Source: a bacterium (GTDB taxonomy: Bacteria; Hydrothermota; Tepidihabitantia; Tepidihabitantales; Tepidihabitantaceae). Taken from it: 25,762 nucleotides of DNA. This document shows positions 1 to 9,187 of this stretch, piece after piece. The translations under genes and the position numbers were made by a program. The notes beneath the pieces are model-generated. The model was given only the letters and a program-made list of their open reading frames with translations. It was not told where the DNA came from and did not search any database. Position 1 is the first letter of the stretch. Each line of letters opens with the position of its first letter. The stretch spans positions 1 through 25,762 of the forward strand of contig JAWOHE010000079.1 of NCBI GenBank assembly GCA_046485285.1, read 5' to 3'.

Positions 1-163
1 CAGGTTAGCCCAACGAGCCCGACTCCGCCGGTCCCGGCCCATCTCCCTGAGGACGATTGCGCCGAGGGCGCGAGCGCTCCGGGCTTCGCGCGAAATGGCA
101 CATCCTGCCGGGTTGTCCAGGGTGACTGCCCGCCCGCCAACTGCATACCCAGCCGCACTCCGC

Positions 164-343
164 GAGCGCTCCGGCAGGCCGCTCGGGTGGCGCACCGGGC
201 AGGCGCTCAGGTAGCGCCACAGCCAGACACCAAGATGGCGCTCAGAGGGGGCACTTGGCCGGCGCCCGGGCTGGCGCACTGGCGGTGCCCCGGACGAGCG
301 CCGGGATGGGGCACAGGACAGGCACCCGGGGAAGCACCCCGGT
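164..343. repeat. Degenerate 12-bp-period tandem array, probably non-coding
   Basis: In a 12-nt register from 164, position 2 is a purine in 15/15 units and position 3 is G in 14/15. NRGCGC recurs at 164, 188, 212, 236, 260, 272 and 296. Confidence 0.5.
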
Positions 344-678
344 AGCGGTTGCCCGGATGTCCCCAGGATGGCGCCCCTTTCGGCGGTTCGGCCCGCGAAA
401 ACCATACTCGCGCGGGCGGTGCAAGAGCGCGCAATCGGTTGAGCTGCGGAGACGCGGGGCGGTTTCGCGCCCGGCGGAGTTACGATTCGGCGTTAGACTC
501 CCGGCCAGCGGCAGCTAACAGGCATGAGCCGGGCGGCGGCGCGGAGAGAGGACCGAGCACGAAGAATCGAAGTTGAGCGGGGAGCATCCCGTCAGGACTG
601 GAGCGAAGGGAGGAGTCCGAGGCAGAGGAAGTCGCGGAGAGGGATTCCTCCACTCGGCGAGCTTCGCGTCAGGCGCGC

Positions 679-706
679 TTGACAGTTTCCGACTGCATCA
701 TAGAAT
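679..706 (+). promoter_or_regulatory. sigma70-type promoter of secA
   Basis: TTGACA (679-684), 16 nt, TAGAAT (701-706); ATG follows 9 nt later. Confidence 0.75.
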
Positions 707-715
707 CACAAGGGG

Positions 716-3685
716 ATGTTTGATGTAATCCTCGGTAAGCTCTTCGGCACCAAGAACGAACGCGAACTCAAGCGGCTCTGGAGCCGGGTTGAGGAAATCA
801 ACGTCGTTTTTGAGGGCCTGAAGGGCATTTCGGCCGCCGACCTTCCCGCCAGGACCGAGGACCTCGTCCGGCGCGTCCGTGACGGCGAGTCGCTGGACGA
901 CCTCGTCCCGGAGTCCTTCGCGCTGGTGAAGTGGGCCTGTACCTTCCTGCTGGACAAGGAGTGGCCGGTCGCGGACACGATGCAGCGCTGGAACATGGTT
1001 CCGTTCGACGTCCAGCTCATCGGCGGGATCGTGCTGCACGAGGGCAGGATTGCCGAGATGCGGACCGGTGAGGGCAAGACGCTGGTCGCGACGATGCCGC
1101 TGTACCTGAACGCGCTCACCAAGAAGGGCGCCGAGCTGGTCACGGTGAACGACTACCTCGCCCGGCGCGACCGCGAGTGGATGGGCCCGGTCTACGAGTC
1201 GCTGGGGCTCACGGTCGGCGTCATCCAGCAGGGGATGAGCCCGGAGGAGCGCCAGCCGATGTACCGGGCCGACGTCACCTACGGGACCAACAACGAGTTC
1301 GGGTTCGATTACCTGCGCGACAACATGGCGCTGCGCTGGGAGGACAAGGTCCAGCGCGGGCACCACTACGTCATCGTCGACGAGGTCGATTCGATCCTGA
1401 TCGACGAGGCCCGGACCCCGCTGATAATTTCCGGCCCGGTCGAGTCCGAGGACAAGGGCTACGACCGGCTGACGCCGCTGGTGCGCGGGCTGTTCTCGAA
1501 GCAGATGGCGCTAGTCAACCGGCTGGTCGAGGAGGCCGAGAAGCTGCTCGAGGCGGGCAAGGAGTCCGAGGCGGCGGTGAAGCTGCTCCAGGCCCGGCGC
1601 GGCGCGCCGAAGAACAAGCGGCTGACCAAGGTCGAGCGGGGCGAGGGCATCAAGCGGGCGGTCGAGCAGGCCGAGCGGGCGTTCATCCGCGACAAGTCGT
1701 TCCACGAGATCGACGAGGAGCTGTACTTCGTCATCGACGAGCACACCCACTCGATCGGGCTGACCGACAAGGGGCGCCAGACGCTGGCCCCGGAGGACCC
1801 GGCCGCGTTCGTCCTGCCCGAGCTGAGCGAGGAGCTGAGCCGCGTCGATTCCGACGAGCGCCTGGCGGCGAAGGAGAAGGTGCACGAGCGCGAGCTCGCC
1901 TACCAGCGCTACGCCCAGCGGAGCGACATGCTGCACAGCATCCAGGCCCTGCTCAAGGCGTTCTCGCTGTTCGAGAAGGACGTCGACTACGTCGTCCAGG
2001 AGGGCAAGGTCCTGATCGTCGACGAGTTCACCGGCCGGCTGATGCCGGGGCGGCGCTACTCGGACGGGCTCCACGGCGCGCTCGAGGCGAAGGAGAACGT
2101 GATCGTCCAGGGCGAGACCCAGACCTTCGCGACCGTGACCCTGCAGAACTATTTCCGGATGTACGAGAAGCTGGCCGGGATGACCGGCACCGCGATAACG
2201 TCGCAGTCCGAGTTCTTCGGCACCTATAAGCTCGACGTCATCACGATCCCGACCAACGAGCCGGTCCGCCGCATCGACTACCCGGATGTCATCTACAAGA
2301 CCCGGACCGCCAAGTACAACGCGGTCATCGACGAGGTCGAGGAGGCGCACGGGGCGGGGCGGCCGGTGCTGGTGGGCACGGCCTCGGTCGAGGCCTCGGA
2401 GGTGATTTCCCGGATGCTGCGCCGCCGGGGCATCAACCACCAGGTCCTCAACGCCCGGCATCACCAGCAGGAGGCGGACATCATCGCCAAGGCCGGCCAG
2501 CCGGGCGCGGTGACGATCGCGACGAACATGGCCGGCCGCGGGACCGACATCAAGCTCGGCCCCGGGGTGGTGAAGGGCGAGGCCTGCTACCTTGTCGCCG
2601 GCGACGGCAGGTGCGCGCACTGGGAGGAGCAGCCGGGGCGGTGCGAGAAGGACGTGCCCTGCGGGCTGTACATCGTCGGCACCGAGCGCCACGAGGCGCG
2701 CCGGATCGACGACCAGTTGCGCGGCCGGAGCGGTCGGCAGGGCGACCCCGGTTCCTCCCGCTTCTACCTTTCGCTCGAGGACGACCTGATGCGGCTGTTC
2801 GGCTCGGAGCGGGTCGCGTCGATAATGGACCGGTTCGGGGCCAAGGAGGACGAGCCGATCGAGCACTCGCTGGTGACCCGGGCGATTTCCAACGCCCAGC
2901 ACCGCGTCGAGGTCCGCAACGCCGAAATCCGCCGGCACCTGCTCGAGTACGACGACGTGATGAACCGCCAGCGCGACGTCGTCTACACCCTGCGCGACGC
3001 GGTGTTGCGCGAGGGCGACCCGCGGCCGGTGTACGAGGACATCGCGGCCGGGCTGATCGACGGCCTGCTGGCCCGGGCGGCCGGGAGCAGCCGATCGCCC
3101 GAGGAGTGGGACTGGGACGGGCTGGCCGCCGAGTTCCAGCTCAGCTTCCTGGTCGACCCGGGAATCACGCCGGAGGAGCGGCGGGCGCTCCGGCCCGAGG
3201 ACGTCGTCCGGCGCTTGACAACGGCCGCATCCCGCAGGTATGATGAGCGACTCGAAGAACTCGGGGGCGAGCTCCTGGGTCAGCTCTGCCGGCACGTTTT
3301 CCTGAGGACGATCGACGCCAAGTGGCGCGACCACCTCTACGCGCTCGACGGGCTGCGGGAAGGCATCGGCCTGCGGGCCTACGGCCAGAAGGACCCGCTG
3401 GTCGAGTACAAGCAGGAGTCGTTCCGGCTGTTCGAGCAGATGATGGCCGAGCTCCGGCGCGAGGCGGTCACGCTGCTGTTCCGGGCCCAGGTCCGGACCG
3501 CCGAGGAGCCGCGCCGCCGGGCGCCGGTCCGCGCCTTTAAGCCGGGCGTGACGCCGGCCGGGGAAGGCGCGCCGCCGGCCGCGGCCGCGCCGGTGCGGCG
3601 TACCGGCGAGAAGGTCGGGAGAAACGACCCCTGCCCGTGCGGTTCGGGCAGGAAGTACAAGAAGTGCCATGGCAGAGAAGGTTAG
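716..3685 (+). CDS. secA: Preprotein translocase ATPase SecA
   Basis: [59 protein letters not shown] and C-terminal SEC-C motif [18 protein letters not shown]. Confidence 0.99.
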   Translation: MFDVILGKLFGTKNERELKRLWSRVEEINVVFEGLKGISAADLPARTEDLVRRVRDGESLDDLVPESFALVKWACTFLLDKEWPVADTMQRWNMVPFDVQLIGGIVLHEGRIAEMRTGEGKTLVATMPLYLNALTKKGAELVTVNDYLARRDREWMGPVYESLGLTVGVIQQGMSPEERQPMYRADVTYGTNNEFGFDYLRDNMALRWEDKVQRGHHYVIVDEVDSILIDEARTPLIISGPVESEDKGYDRLTPLVRGLFSKQMALVNRLVEEAEKLLEAGKESEAAVKLLQARRGAPKNKRLTKVERGEGIKRAVEQAERAFIRDKSFHEIDEELYFVIDEHTHSIGLTDKGRQTLAPEDPAAFVLPELSEELSRVDSDERLAAKEKVHERELAYQRYAQRSDMLHSIQALLKAFSLFEKDVDYVVQEGKVLIVDEFTGRLMPGRRYSDGLHGALEAKENVIVQGETQTFATVTLQNYFRMYEKLAGMTGTAITSQSEFFGTYKLDVITIPTNEPVRRIDYPDVIYKTRTAKYNAVIDEVEEAHGAGRPVLVGTASVEASEVISRMLRRRGINHQVLNARHHQQEADIIAKAGQPGAVTIATNMAGRGTDIKLGPGVVKGEACYLVAGDGRCAHWEEQPGRCEKDVPCGLYIVGTERHEARRIDDQLRGRSGRQGDPGSSRFYLSLEDDLMRLFGSERVASIMDRFGAKEDEPIEHSLVTRAISNAQHRVEVRNAEIRRHLLEYDDVMNRQRDVVYTLRDAVLREGDPRPVYEDIAAGLIDGLLARAAGSSRSPEEWDWDGLAAEFQLSFLVDPGITPEERRALRPEDVVRRLTTAASRRYDERLEELGGELLGQLCRHVFLRTIDAKWRDHLYALDGLREGIGLRAYGQKDPLVEYKQESFRLFEQMMAELRREAVTLLFRAQVRTAEEPRRRAPVRAFKPGVTPAGEGAPPAAAAPVRRTGEKVGRNDPCPCGSGRKYKKCHGREG

Positions 3686-3703
3686 TCAGCAAAAGGAGGA
3701 GCA

Positions 3704-4084
3704 ATGGCTCAAAGCAAAGGCCGCGTGGTAATCTGGACCATCGTCGGGATCCTGGTCGTGGCGGCGGTGATCTTCACCTTCGTCAGCCGCCAGGGTGCCA
3801 CCGCCAGCATTCCGTTCGAGGCCGATGACGTTCCCAAGTTCACCCGGGTGATGGAGAACCGGATCGAGGCGGTCGGTGAGCGCGCGGCGAAGATGCGCGG
3901 CTACCTGGGCGACGAGGAGGGCGACATTCTCGCCCGGGTCGACCAGCACATGGAGTCGGCGCGCGAGTTGCTGCAGAAGATGCAGACCGAGACCGACGCG
4001 AAGGTGCTGGGCGCGCTCAAGGACTCGGTGCAGGATCACCACAAGGCGGCCCGCAGGCTGCTCCGGCAGGGCGACGAAGACTGA
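3704..4084 (+). CDS. Hypothetical protein, N-terminal TM anchor plus helical domain
   Basis: SD AGGAGG before ATG; hydrophobic N-terminal helix VVIWTIVGILVVAAVIFTFV; host-like codon usage. Confidence 0.85.
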   Translation: MAQSKGRVVIWTIVGILVVAAVIFTFVSRQGATASIPFEADDVPKFTRVMENRIEAVGERAAKMRGYLGDEEGDILARVDQHMESARELLQKMQTETDAKVLGALKDSVQDHHKAARRLLRQGDED

Positions 4085-4141
4085 GCCCGGACAGGGGCCG
4101 GCCCACCGGGCCCGCTGACGCGGAGATAACAGGAGGATAGC

Positions 4142-4531
4142 ATGAAGGTCCGCGCTGTCGTATGGTCGCTGGTGGGGCTTGTCGTCGTGGCGGGCGTCGT
4201 CCTGCTCGTGGCTACCCCCAACAGGACCCCGCAGGCACGCATTGACATTGACGGGGTCCGTCGCCAGGCAGGTGTCGTCAGCGGCAAGCTGGCATCGCTG
4301 GAGGAGAAACTCGTGTTCGCCCGCGGCCAGCTGCCACCCGGGCAGGACCCGGATACCCTGGCGCCGGTCGAACAGCACCTGGCGGAGGCCCGCAGCGCGG
4401 TTGACGAGGCCGGCCGGCTCGAAGACGTGGATGCGGCCTATGAGAAGCTCAAGGCCGCCCGCAAGCAGTTGAGCCTCGGGACCAGGAAGCTGAACGAACT
4501 CACCCGACCCCGCCGGCCCGGCGGGGTCTAG
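4142..4531 (+). CDS. Hypothetical protein, N-terminal TM anchor plus helical domain, probable paralog of the upstream gene
   Basis: SD AGGAGG; KVRAVVWSLVGLVVVAGVVLLV resembles the upstream N-terminus; similar length. Confidence 0.85.
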   Translation: MKVRAVVWSLVGLVVVAGVVLLVATPNRTPQARIDIDGVRRQAGVVSGKLASLEEKLVFARGQLPPGQDPDTLAPVEQHLAEARSAVDEAGRLEDVDAAYEKLKAARKQLSLGTRKLNELTRPRRPGGV

Positions 4532-4549
4532 CTGCCGGGCGGGGCGCGG

Positions 4550-5443
4550 TCAGGGCCAGACGTAGCTGAGCCGCGGGGACCGGGGCCAGCCGAGGACGGT
4601 CTCCGCGGCGCCTCTCAGCAGGTCGGTCCAGTTGAAACTGAGCTGGCGCCGGGGGGCGATGAGCCTCGGCTCGCCCTTAATGCCGGCAAGTCCGCCGCAG
4701 ATCCGGCGCGCGTCCTCGAAGGTCCCGAGCGTGTCGACGAGGCCGGCGCCGAGGGCCTGGCGCCCGGTCAGGATGCGGCCGTCGGCGAGCCGGTACACCT
4801 CTTCCATCGGCAGTTCGCGTTCGATGCTGACAATCTCGACGAACTGCTCATAGACATCGCGCACGACGCCTTCGAGCAGTTCACGGTCGGCCGGGGTCAT
4901 GCGGCGGAAGGGTGACCCGATGTCCTTGTGCTCGCGGGATTTCACGACCTCGACCCCGACGCCGAGCTTGTCCATCAGTCCCTCGACCGCCGGGAACTCC
5001 ATTATCACGCCGATCGAGCCGGTGAGGGTGCCGGGATTGGCGACAATGAGGTCGGCGGGCGCGGCGACGTAGTAGCCGCCCGAGGCGGCGAGAGTGCCGA
5101 GCGAGGCGACGACCGGCATCCCGGCGTCGCGGACGCGGACGATCTCGGAGTAGATCTCGTGGGCGGGCGTGACAACCCCGCCGGGGCTGTCGACGCGGAT
5201 GAGGATGGCCTTGACCAGCGGGTTGCGTTCGAGCGACTTCAGCTCGCGGACGGTGGCCCGCGAGTCCGTGATCGTGCCTTCGATCGTCAGGTGGCCGATC
5301 CCGGCGCCGAGCGATGCGAACCCGGACCGCGACCCCGCCGAGGCGTCGGCCGAGACGAACGTGGCGACGAGGATGAGCAGCGGCACGAGCAACAGCAACA
5401 GCGCGGCCGCCACGATCAGGGCTATCCGGCTACCTCGCTTCAT
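4550..5443 (-). CDS. sppA: Signal peptide peptidase SppA (S49, short type)
   Basis: IRVDSPGG, AASGGYYVA, TLTGSIGVI, ADGRILTGRQA. Start set at MKRGSR (5443) because the longer ORF overlaps the tRNA. Confidence 0.95.
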   Translation of the reverse strand: MKRGSRIALIVAAALLLLLVPLLILVATFVSADASAGSRSGFASLGAGIGHLTIEGTITDSRATVRELKSLERNPLVKAILIRVDSPGGVVTPAHEIYSEIVRVRDAGMPVVASLGTLAASGGYYVAAPADLIVANPGTLTGSIGVIMEFPAVEGLMDKLGVGVEVVKSREHKDIGSPFRRMTPADRELLEGVVRDVYEQFVEIVSIERELPMEEVYRLADGRILTGRQALGAGLVDTLGTFEDARRICGGLAGIKGEPRLIAPRRQLSFNWTDLLRGAAETVLGWPRSPRLSYVWP

Positions 5444-5451
5444 CGGGATAG

Positions 5452-5524
<73 letters not shown>

Positions 5525-5607
5525 GTGTCACGAGAGCGTTCGATGGTCAAGGGCAGTGGTCAACCGGGACCGGAACCGCCCGACTACCGAACTCCCTGAC
5601 TTCGCCA

Positions 5608-5635
5608 ATGATATGGAAACGGCCACGTGAGTCAA
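5608..5635 (-). promoter_or_regulatory. Promoter of tRNA-Ile/sppA
   Basis: TTGACT (5635-5630), 16 nt, TATCAT (5613-5608). Confidence 0.7.
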
Positions 5636-7065
5636 GCGAGGGGCTTCAGGCGCCAGTTGCCGCCCGGCGTGTCTTCGACCGTGTAGCCGCGCCTGCCGAT
5701 TTCGTCGCGGAGCCGGTCCGCCTCGGTCCAGTTCTTGCGCTGGCGGGCTTCGTTTCGGTCCAGCGCCAGCTTCACGACCTCTGCGGGCGTGTTGACCGGG
5801 AAGAGGGCAAAGGTCGAGGTGACTGATGTGCCTGTCCCTTGCCTCATCTCCGCCAGCTCTTCCAGCCCGAGCCCGAAGACGCGGTCGAAGTCGAGGAGCA
5901 GGTCCCAGGCCGACCGGTCCTGGCGCTTGTTGCCCTCCCGGACGAGGTTCCAGGCAACGGCAAGGGCCTGAGGCAGGTTGAGGTCGTCCTCGACCGCGGC
6001 CCGGAACTCATCCCTGAAGGGTGCGAGCCAGTCGCCGTCGCCCGCCTGCCAGCCCTGGGCGTTCTGGCCGAACTCGACCAGCCCACCGAGCGAGTTGCGG
6101 GCGCCGGCCATCGACTCGGCGGTGAAGCTCAGCGGCGTCCGGTAGTGCGCGGTCAGGCAGAGGTAGCGGAAGTCGGCGGGTTTGAAGCCCTTCTCTTCAA
6201 GCTGGCCGAGGGTGATGAGGTTGCCCTCGGACTTGCCCATCCGGGCGTCGCCCAGGGTCAGGAAAGCGCCGTGGAGCCAGAAGCCGACGACTTCCTGACC
6301 GGTCGCGGCGAAGTTCTGGGCCCGTTCGTTGGTGTGGTGGACCGGGATGTGGTCGATGCCGCCGGTGTGGATGTCGAACCGCTCGCCGAGGTACTTCATC
6401 GACATCGCCGAGCACTCGAGGTGCCAGCCCGGGAATCCCCGGCCCCAGGGCGAGTCCCACTGCATCAGGTGACGGGGCTGGTTGGTGATCCAGAGCGCGA
6501 AGTCGGAAGGGTTGCAGCGCTCCGGGTCAACCTCGACCCTGGCCCCGGCCTGCTGTTCGGCGAGGTTGAGCCGGGCGAGCCCGGCGTAGTCGGGGTACCG
6601 GCCGGTGTCGAAGATGAGCCCGACCTTCGTCCGGTAGGCGAAGCCGTTGGCCTCGATGCGCCGGACGAGCTCGATCATCTCCGGGATGTGTTCGGTCGCG
6701 CGGCAGGCTGTGGTCGGGCGGAGCAGGTTCAGGCGTTGGGCGTCCTGCCAGAACGCCTCCTCGTAGAACCGGGCGATTTCCTCCGGGGTCTTGCCCTCGG
6801 CCCGCGCGCCCTTCTCGAGCTTGTCCTCGCCCGAATCCTCGTCGTCGGTCAGGTGGCCGACGTCGGTGATGTTCATCACGTGGCTGACCTCGAGGTCCAG
6901 GTACTCGAGCCCCCGGCGCAGGAAGTCGGCGAAGAGGAACGAGCGGAAGTTGCCGATGTGGGCGGACATGTAGACGGTCGGGCCGCAGGTGTAGATGCCG
7001 ACCCGGCCGGCCGAAACCGGCCGGAGTTCCTCCTTCCGGCGCGTCAGCGTGTTGTGGAGCCGCAT
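5632..7065 (-). CDS. cysS: Cysteine--tRNA ligase
   Basis: YTCGPTVY, HIGN, GFPGWHLECSAMS, DIHTGGIDH, KMSKS-like RMGKS. Confidence 0.98.
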   Translation of the reverse strand: MRLHNTLTRRKEELRPVSAGRVGIYTCGPTVYMSAHIGNFRSFLFADFLRRGLEYLDLEVSHVMNITDVGHLTDDEDSGEDKLEKGARAEGKTPEEIARFYEEAFWQDAQRLNLLRPTTACRATEHIPEMIELVRRIEANGFAYRTKVGLIFDTGRYPDYAGLARLNLAEQQAGARVEVDPERCNPSDFALWITNQPRHLMQWDSPWGRGFPGWHLECSAMSMKYLGERFDIHTGGIDHIPVHHTNERAQNFAATGQEVVGFWLHGAFLTLGDARMGKSEGNLITLGQLEEKGFKPADFRYLCLTAHYRTPLSFTAESMAGARNSLGGLVEFGQNAQGWQAGDGDWLAPFRDEFRAAVEDDLNLPQALAVAWNLVREGNKRQDRSAWDLLLDFDRVFGLGLEELAEMRQGTGTSVTSTFALFPVNTPAEVVKLALDRNEARQRKNWTEADRLRDEIGRRGYTVEDTPGGNWRLKPLA

Positions 7066-7074
7066 CGCGGGCGG

Positions 7075-7103
7075 ATATTAGCCCCAAACCGGCGGCGGGT
7101 CAA
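7075..7103 (-). promoter_or_regulatory. Promoter of cysS (near-leaderless)
   Basis: TTGACC (7103-7098), 17 nt, TAATAT (7080-7075); ATG 9 nt later, no SD. Confidence 0.65.
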
Positions 7104-8176
7104 ACGGCCGGGTCCAGCCCGGCGCGGGCCGAGGCAGGCAGGTCCAGCGGTGACGGGCCGACACGGACGAGCCGCTCGACCGCGGCGGCGGCGATCATCG
7201 CCGCGTTGTCGGAGCAGTAGCGGAGCTCGGGGACGACGAGGCGGAACCCGTGCTCGGCGGCCAGCTCGCCGAGCCGCTTTCGGAGGTGGCCATTGGCGGC
7301 GACGCCGCCCGAGATGCCGATGACGTCGAGCCCGGTCCGCCCGCGGGCCTGGACGAGCCGGCGGCAGACGCCCTCGACCGCGGCGTGCTGGAAGGAAGCG
7401 GCGACGTCCGCCCGGTCCGAGCCGGGATTGTTTCGCAGCCAGTACAGCACGGCGGTCTTGAGCCCGGAGAAGCTGAAATCAAGGGAGTCCGCCGTGCGGT
7501 CCGACCCGGGTGTCGGCAGGGGAAACGGGATTGCGGCCCGTCCCCGGCGGGCGAGCTCCTCGACCATGCTGCCGCCGGGGTAGCCGAGGCCGAGCATCTT
7601 GGCGACCTTGTCGAACGCCTCGCCGCAGGCGTCGTCGACTGTCGCGCCGAGGAGGCGGTATCGGCACCAGTCCTCGACCTCGATGAGCTCGGTGTGGCCG
7701 CCGGAGAGAATCGCGCCGAGGAAGGGAGGTTCGAGGTCAGGGCAGGTCAGCCGCAGCGCGAAGAGATGACCTTCAAGGTGGTTGACGCCGACGAACGGAC
7801 GGTCGAGGCTGCGGGCGAGTGCCTTGGCGAACGGCAGACCGACGAGCAGCGCGCCCATCAGCCCCGGGGCGTGGGTCGCCGCGATGCAATCGAGGTCCTG
7901 CCAGCGCGCGCCGGCGGCCTCGAGCGCCGCGAGGGTCACCGGCAATATCATCTGGGCGTGGGCGCGGGCGGCGAGCTCCGGCACGACCCCGCCGTACCGG
8001 GAGTGGACGAACTGTGAGCTGACGACGTTCGAGAGAACCCTGGTGCGGCCGGCCAGCACCGCGGCGGCGGTTTCGTCGCACGACGTCTCGATGGCGAGGC
8101 AGAGGAGACGGGAGACGGGGGACGGGAGACCGGTCTCCGGTCTTCGGTCCTCGGTCTTCTCCGCGCCCGCCGGCAT
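7100..8176 (-). CDS. tsaD: tRNA t6A threonylcarbamoyltransferase TsaD with a repeat-encoded N-terminal extension
   Basis: LAIETSCDET, GGVVPELAARAH, NHLEGH, SGGHT, DDACGEAFDK, FSFSGLKT, DNAAMIA. Confidence 0.97.
   Translation of the reverse strand: MPAGAEKTEDRRPETGLPSPVSRLLCLAIETSCDETAAAVLAGRTRVLSNVVSSQFVHSRYGGVVPELAARAHAQMILPVTLAALEAAGARWQDLDCIAATHAPGLMGALLVGLPFAKALARSLDRPFVGVNHLEGHLFALRLTCPDLEPPFLGAILSGGHTELIEVEDWCRYRLLGATVDDACGEAFDKVAKMLGLGYPGGSMVEELARRGRAAIPFPLPTPGSDRTADSLDFSFSGLKTAVLYWLRNNPGSDRADVAASFQHAAVEGVCRRLVQARGRTGLDVIGISGGVAANGHLRKRLGELAAEHGFRLVVPELRYCSDNAAMIAAAAVERLVRVGPSPLDLPASARAGLDPAV
8104..8167. repeat. Repeat family A copy 1 (4+4 inverted heptamers), inside tsaD
   Basis: GGAGACG GGAGACG GGGGACG GGAGACC | GGTCTCC GGTCTTC GGTCCTC GGTCTTC TCCGCGCC; clearly related to the copies at 17127 and 19746. 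Confidence 0.92.
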
Positions 8177-8182
8177 CGGCGG

Positions 8183-9091
8183 CTACCGGATGATGACGTC
8201 GAACAGCGCGGGCTCGCACTTCACGAGCTGGAACCCGGGCGGCAGGACGATCTCCGCGGCGAGCCGGTGCTCGCCGGCCTTGAGACCGGATATCTTGACC
8301 CGCGCCCGGATGTCCGCGGGCTTGAGCTCTTCGAACCGGGTCGAGGGCCCGGCGACGGCAATCTGGGCCTGCGGCGGCCGGACCTCGACGTCATAACCCT
8401 CCGGGGCGATGACGCCGACCGGGATGCCGAGGAAGATCCGCGCCTCCTCCTTCTCAACCGCCACCGCGACCAGCACGCTCTCCGGGTCGGTCCGGAAGCC
8501 GTCCTCCTCGGGCGGCCGGACCCTCAGCCGGACGGTGTCGGTGCGGCGGACCCGGCCGAGGTCGAGCGACTCGGTGTTGACGGTGGCGAACAGCCGTACC
8601 TCGTCCTCCGGGCCGAACAGGGTGACGCGGTCAAGCGCCTCGATGCGGTCAACCGAAAAGCCCCGGGGCGGCTCGCCCCGCGTCGGGACCTCGACGGCGA
8701 CCCGGCGGCTGCCGACCTCGCTCAGCCGGTACTCGGCGTACTCGGGCACGATGGCCCGGACCGACAGGTTCGCCGGGATGTCGAGGTCGGCCGGGTTGAT
8801 GCGCAGTTGCTTCGCCCCGGGCAGGCCCTCGGGCACCGTCAGCAGGAAGCGCGGCTGGCGCAGGCGGAAGAAGAGCAGATCGCGGCCGCGGCCCTCTATG
8901 CGGACCTCGGCGGCCCCGGGCTGGAACTCGGAGACAACCTTCTTCGTCTCGACCCGGCTGATCGCGATCGGGACGACGAAGCTCGTGACGTAGCTGCGGT
9001 CGAGCACGGCGACGAACCAGACGAAGGCCGCGATGATGACGGCGGTCAGCTTGATTACCAGGTCGCCAAACACAAATCGCACCAGCCACAT
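8183..9091 (-). CDS. YbbR/CdaR-like membrane-anchored protein
   Basis: N-terminal DLVIKLTAVIIAAFVWF TM segment followed by about three beta-rich YbbR-like repeats (e.g. VEVRPPQAQIAVAGP). Confidence 0.8.
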   Translation of the reverse strand: MWLVRFVFGDLVIKLTAVIIAAFVWFVAVLDRSYVTSFVVPIAISRVETKKVVSEFQPGAAEVRIEGRGRDLLFFRLRQPRFLLTVPEGLPGAKQLRINPADLDIPANLSVRAIVPEYAEYRLSEVGSRRVAVEVPTRGEPPRGFSVDRIEALDRVTLFGPEDEVRLFATVNTESLDLGRVRRTDTVRLRVRPPEEDGFRTDPESVLVAVAVEKEEARIFLGIPVGVIAPEGYDVEVRPPQAQIAVAGPSTRFEELKPADIRARVKISGLKAGEHRLAAEIVLPPGFQLVKCEPALFDVIIR

Positions 9092-9100
9092 TGCAGACGA

Positions 9101-9181
9101 ATGTTAAGCGGATGGGGAAGCTTGTCAACAGGGAGTGTCGGGCGAGCGCGGTCTTGACCCGGTTGCCGCAGGAGTTATTCT
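9101..9181. promoter_or_regulatory. Divergent promoter pair (YbbR-like / GlmU-like)
   Basis: Minus: TTGACA (9128-9123), 16 nt, TAACAT (9106-9101), ATG 9 nt later. Plus: TTGACC (9154-9159), 16 nt, TATTCT (9176-9181), GTG 6 nt later. Confidence 0.7.
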
Positions 9182-9187
9182 TGCCGG

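Noticed and set aside
1511-3670. Long antisense and alternative-frame ORFs (also 12013-14397, 20751-22793, 15169-16806)
   Set aside because: Shadow ORFs expected from high GC3 codon bias; no recognisable motifs.
8104-8159. Clustered BsaI/BsmBI/BbsI-like sites suggesting a cloning artefact
   Set aside because: The three copies are diverged with variable unit number, as expected for a natural heptamer repeat.
8183-9091. YbbR-like gene as evidence of a c-di-AMP module
   Set aside because: No diadenylate cyclase or glmM is adjacent in this window.
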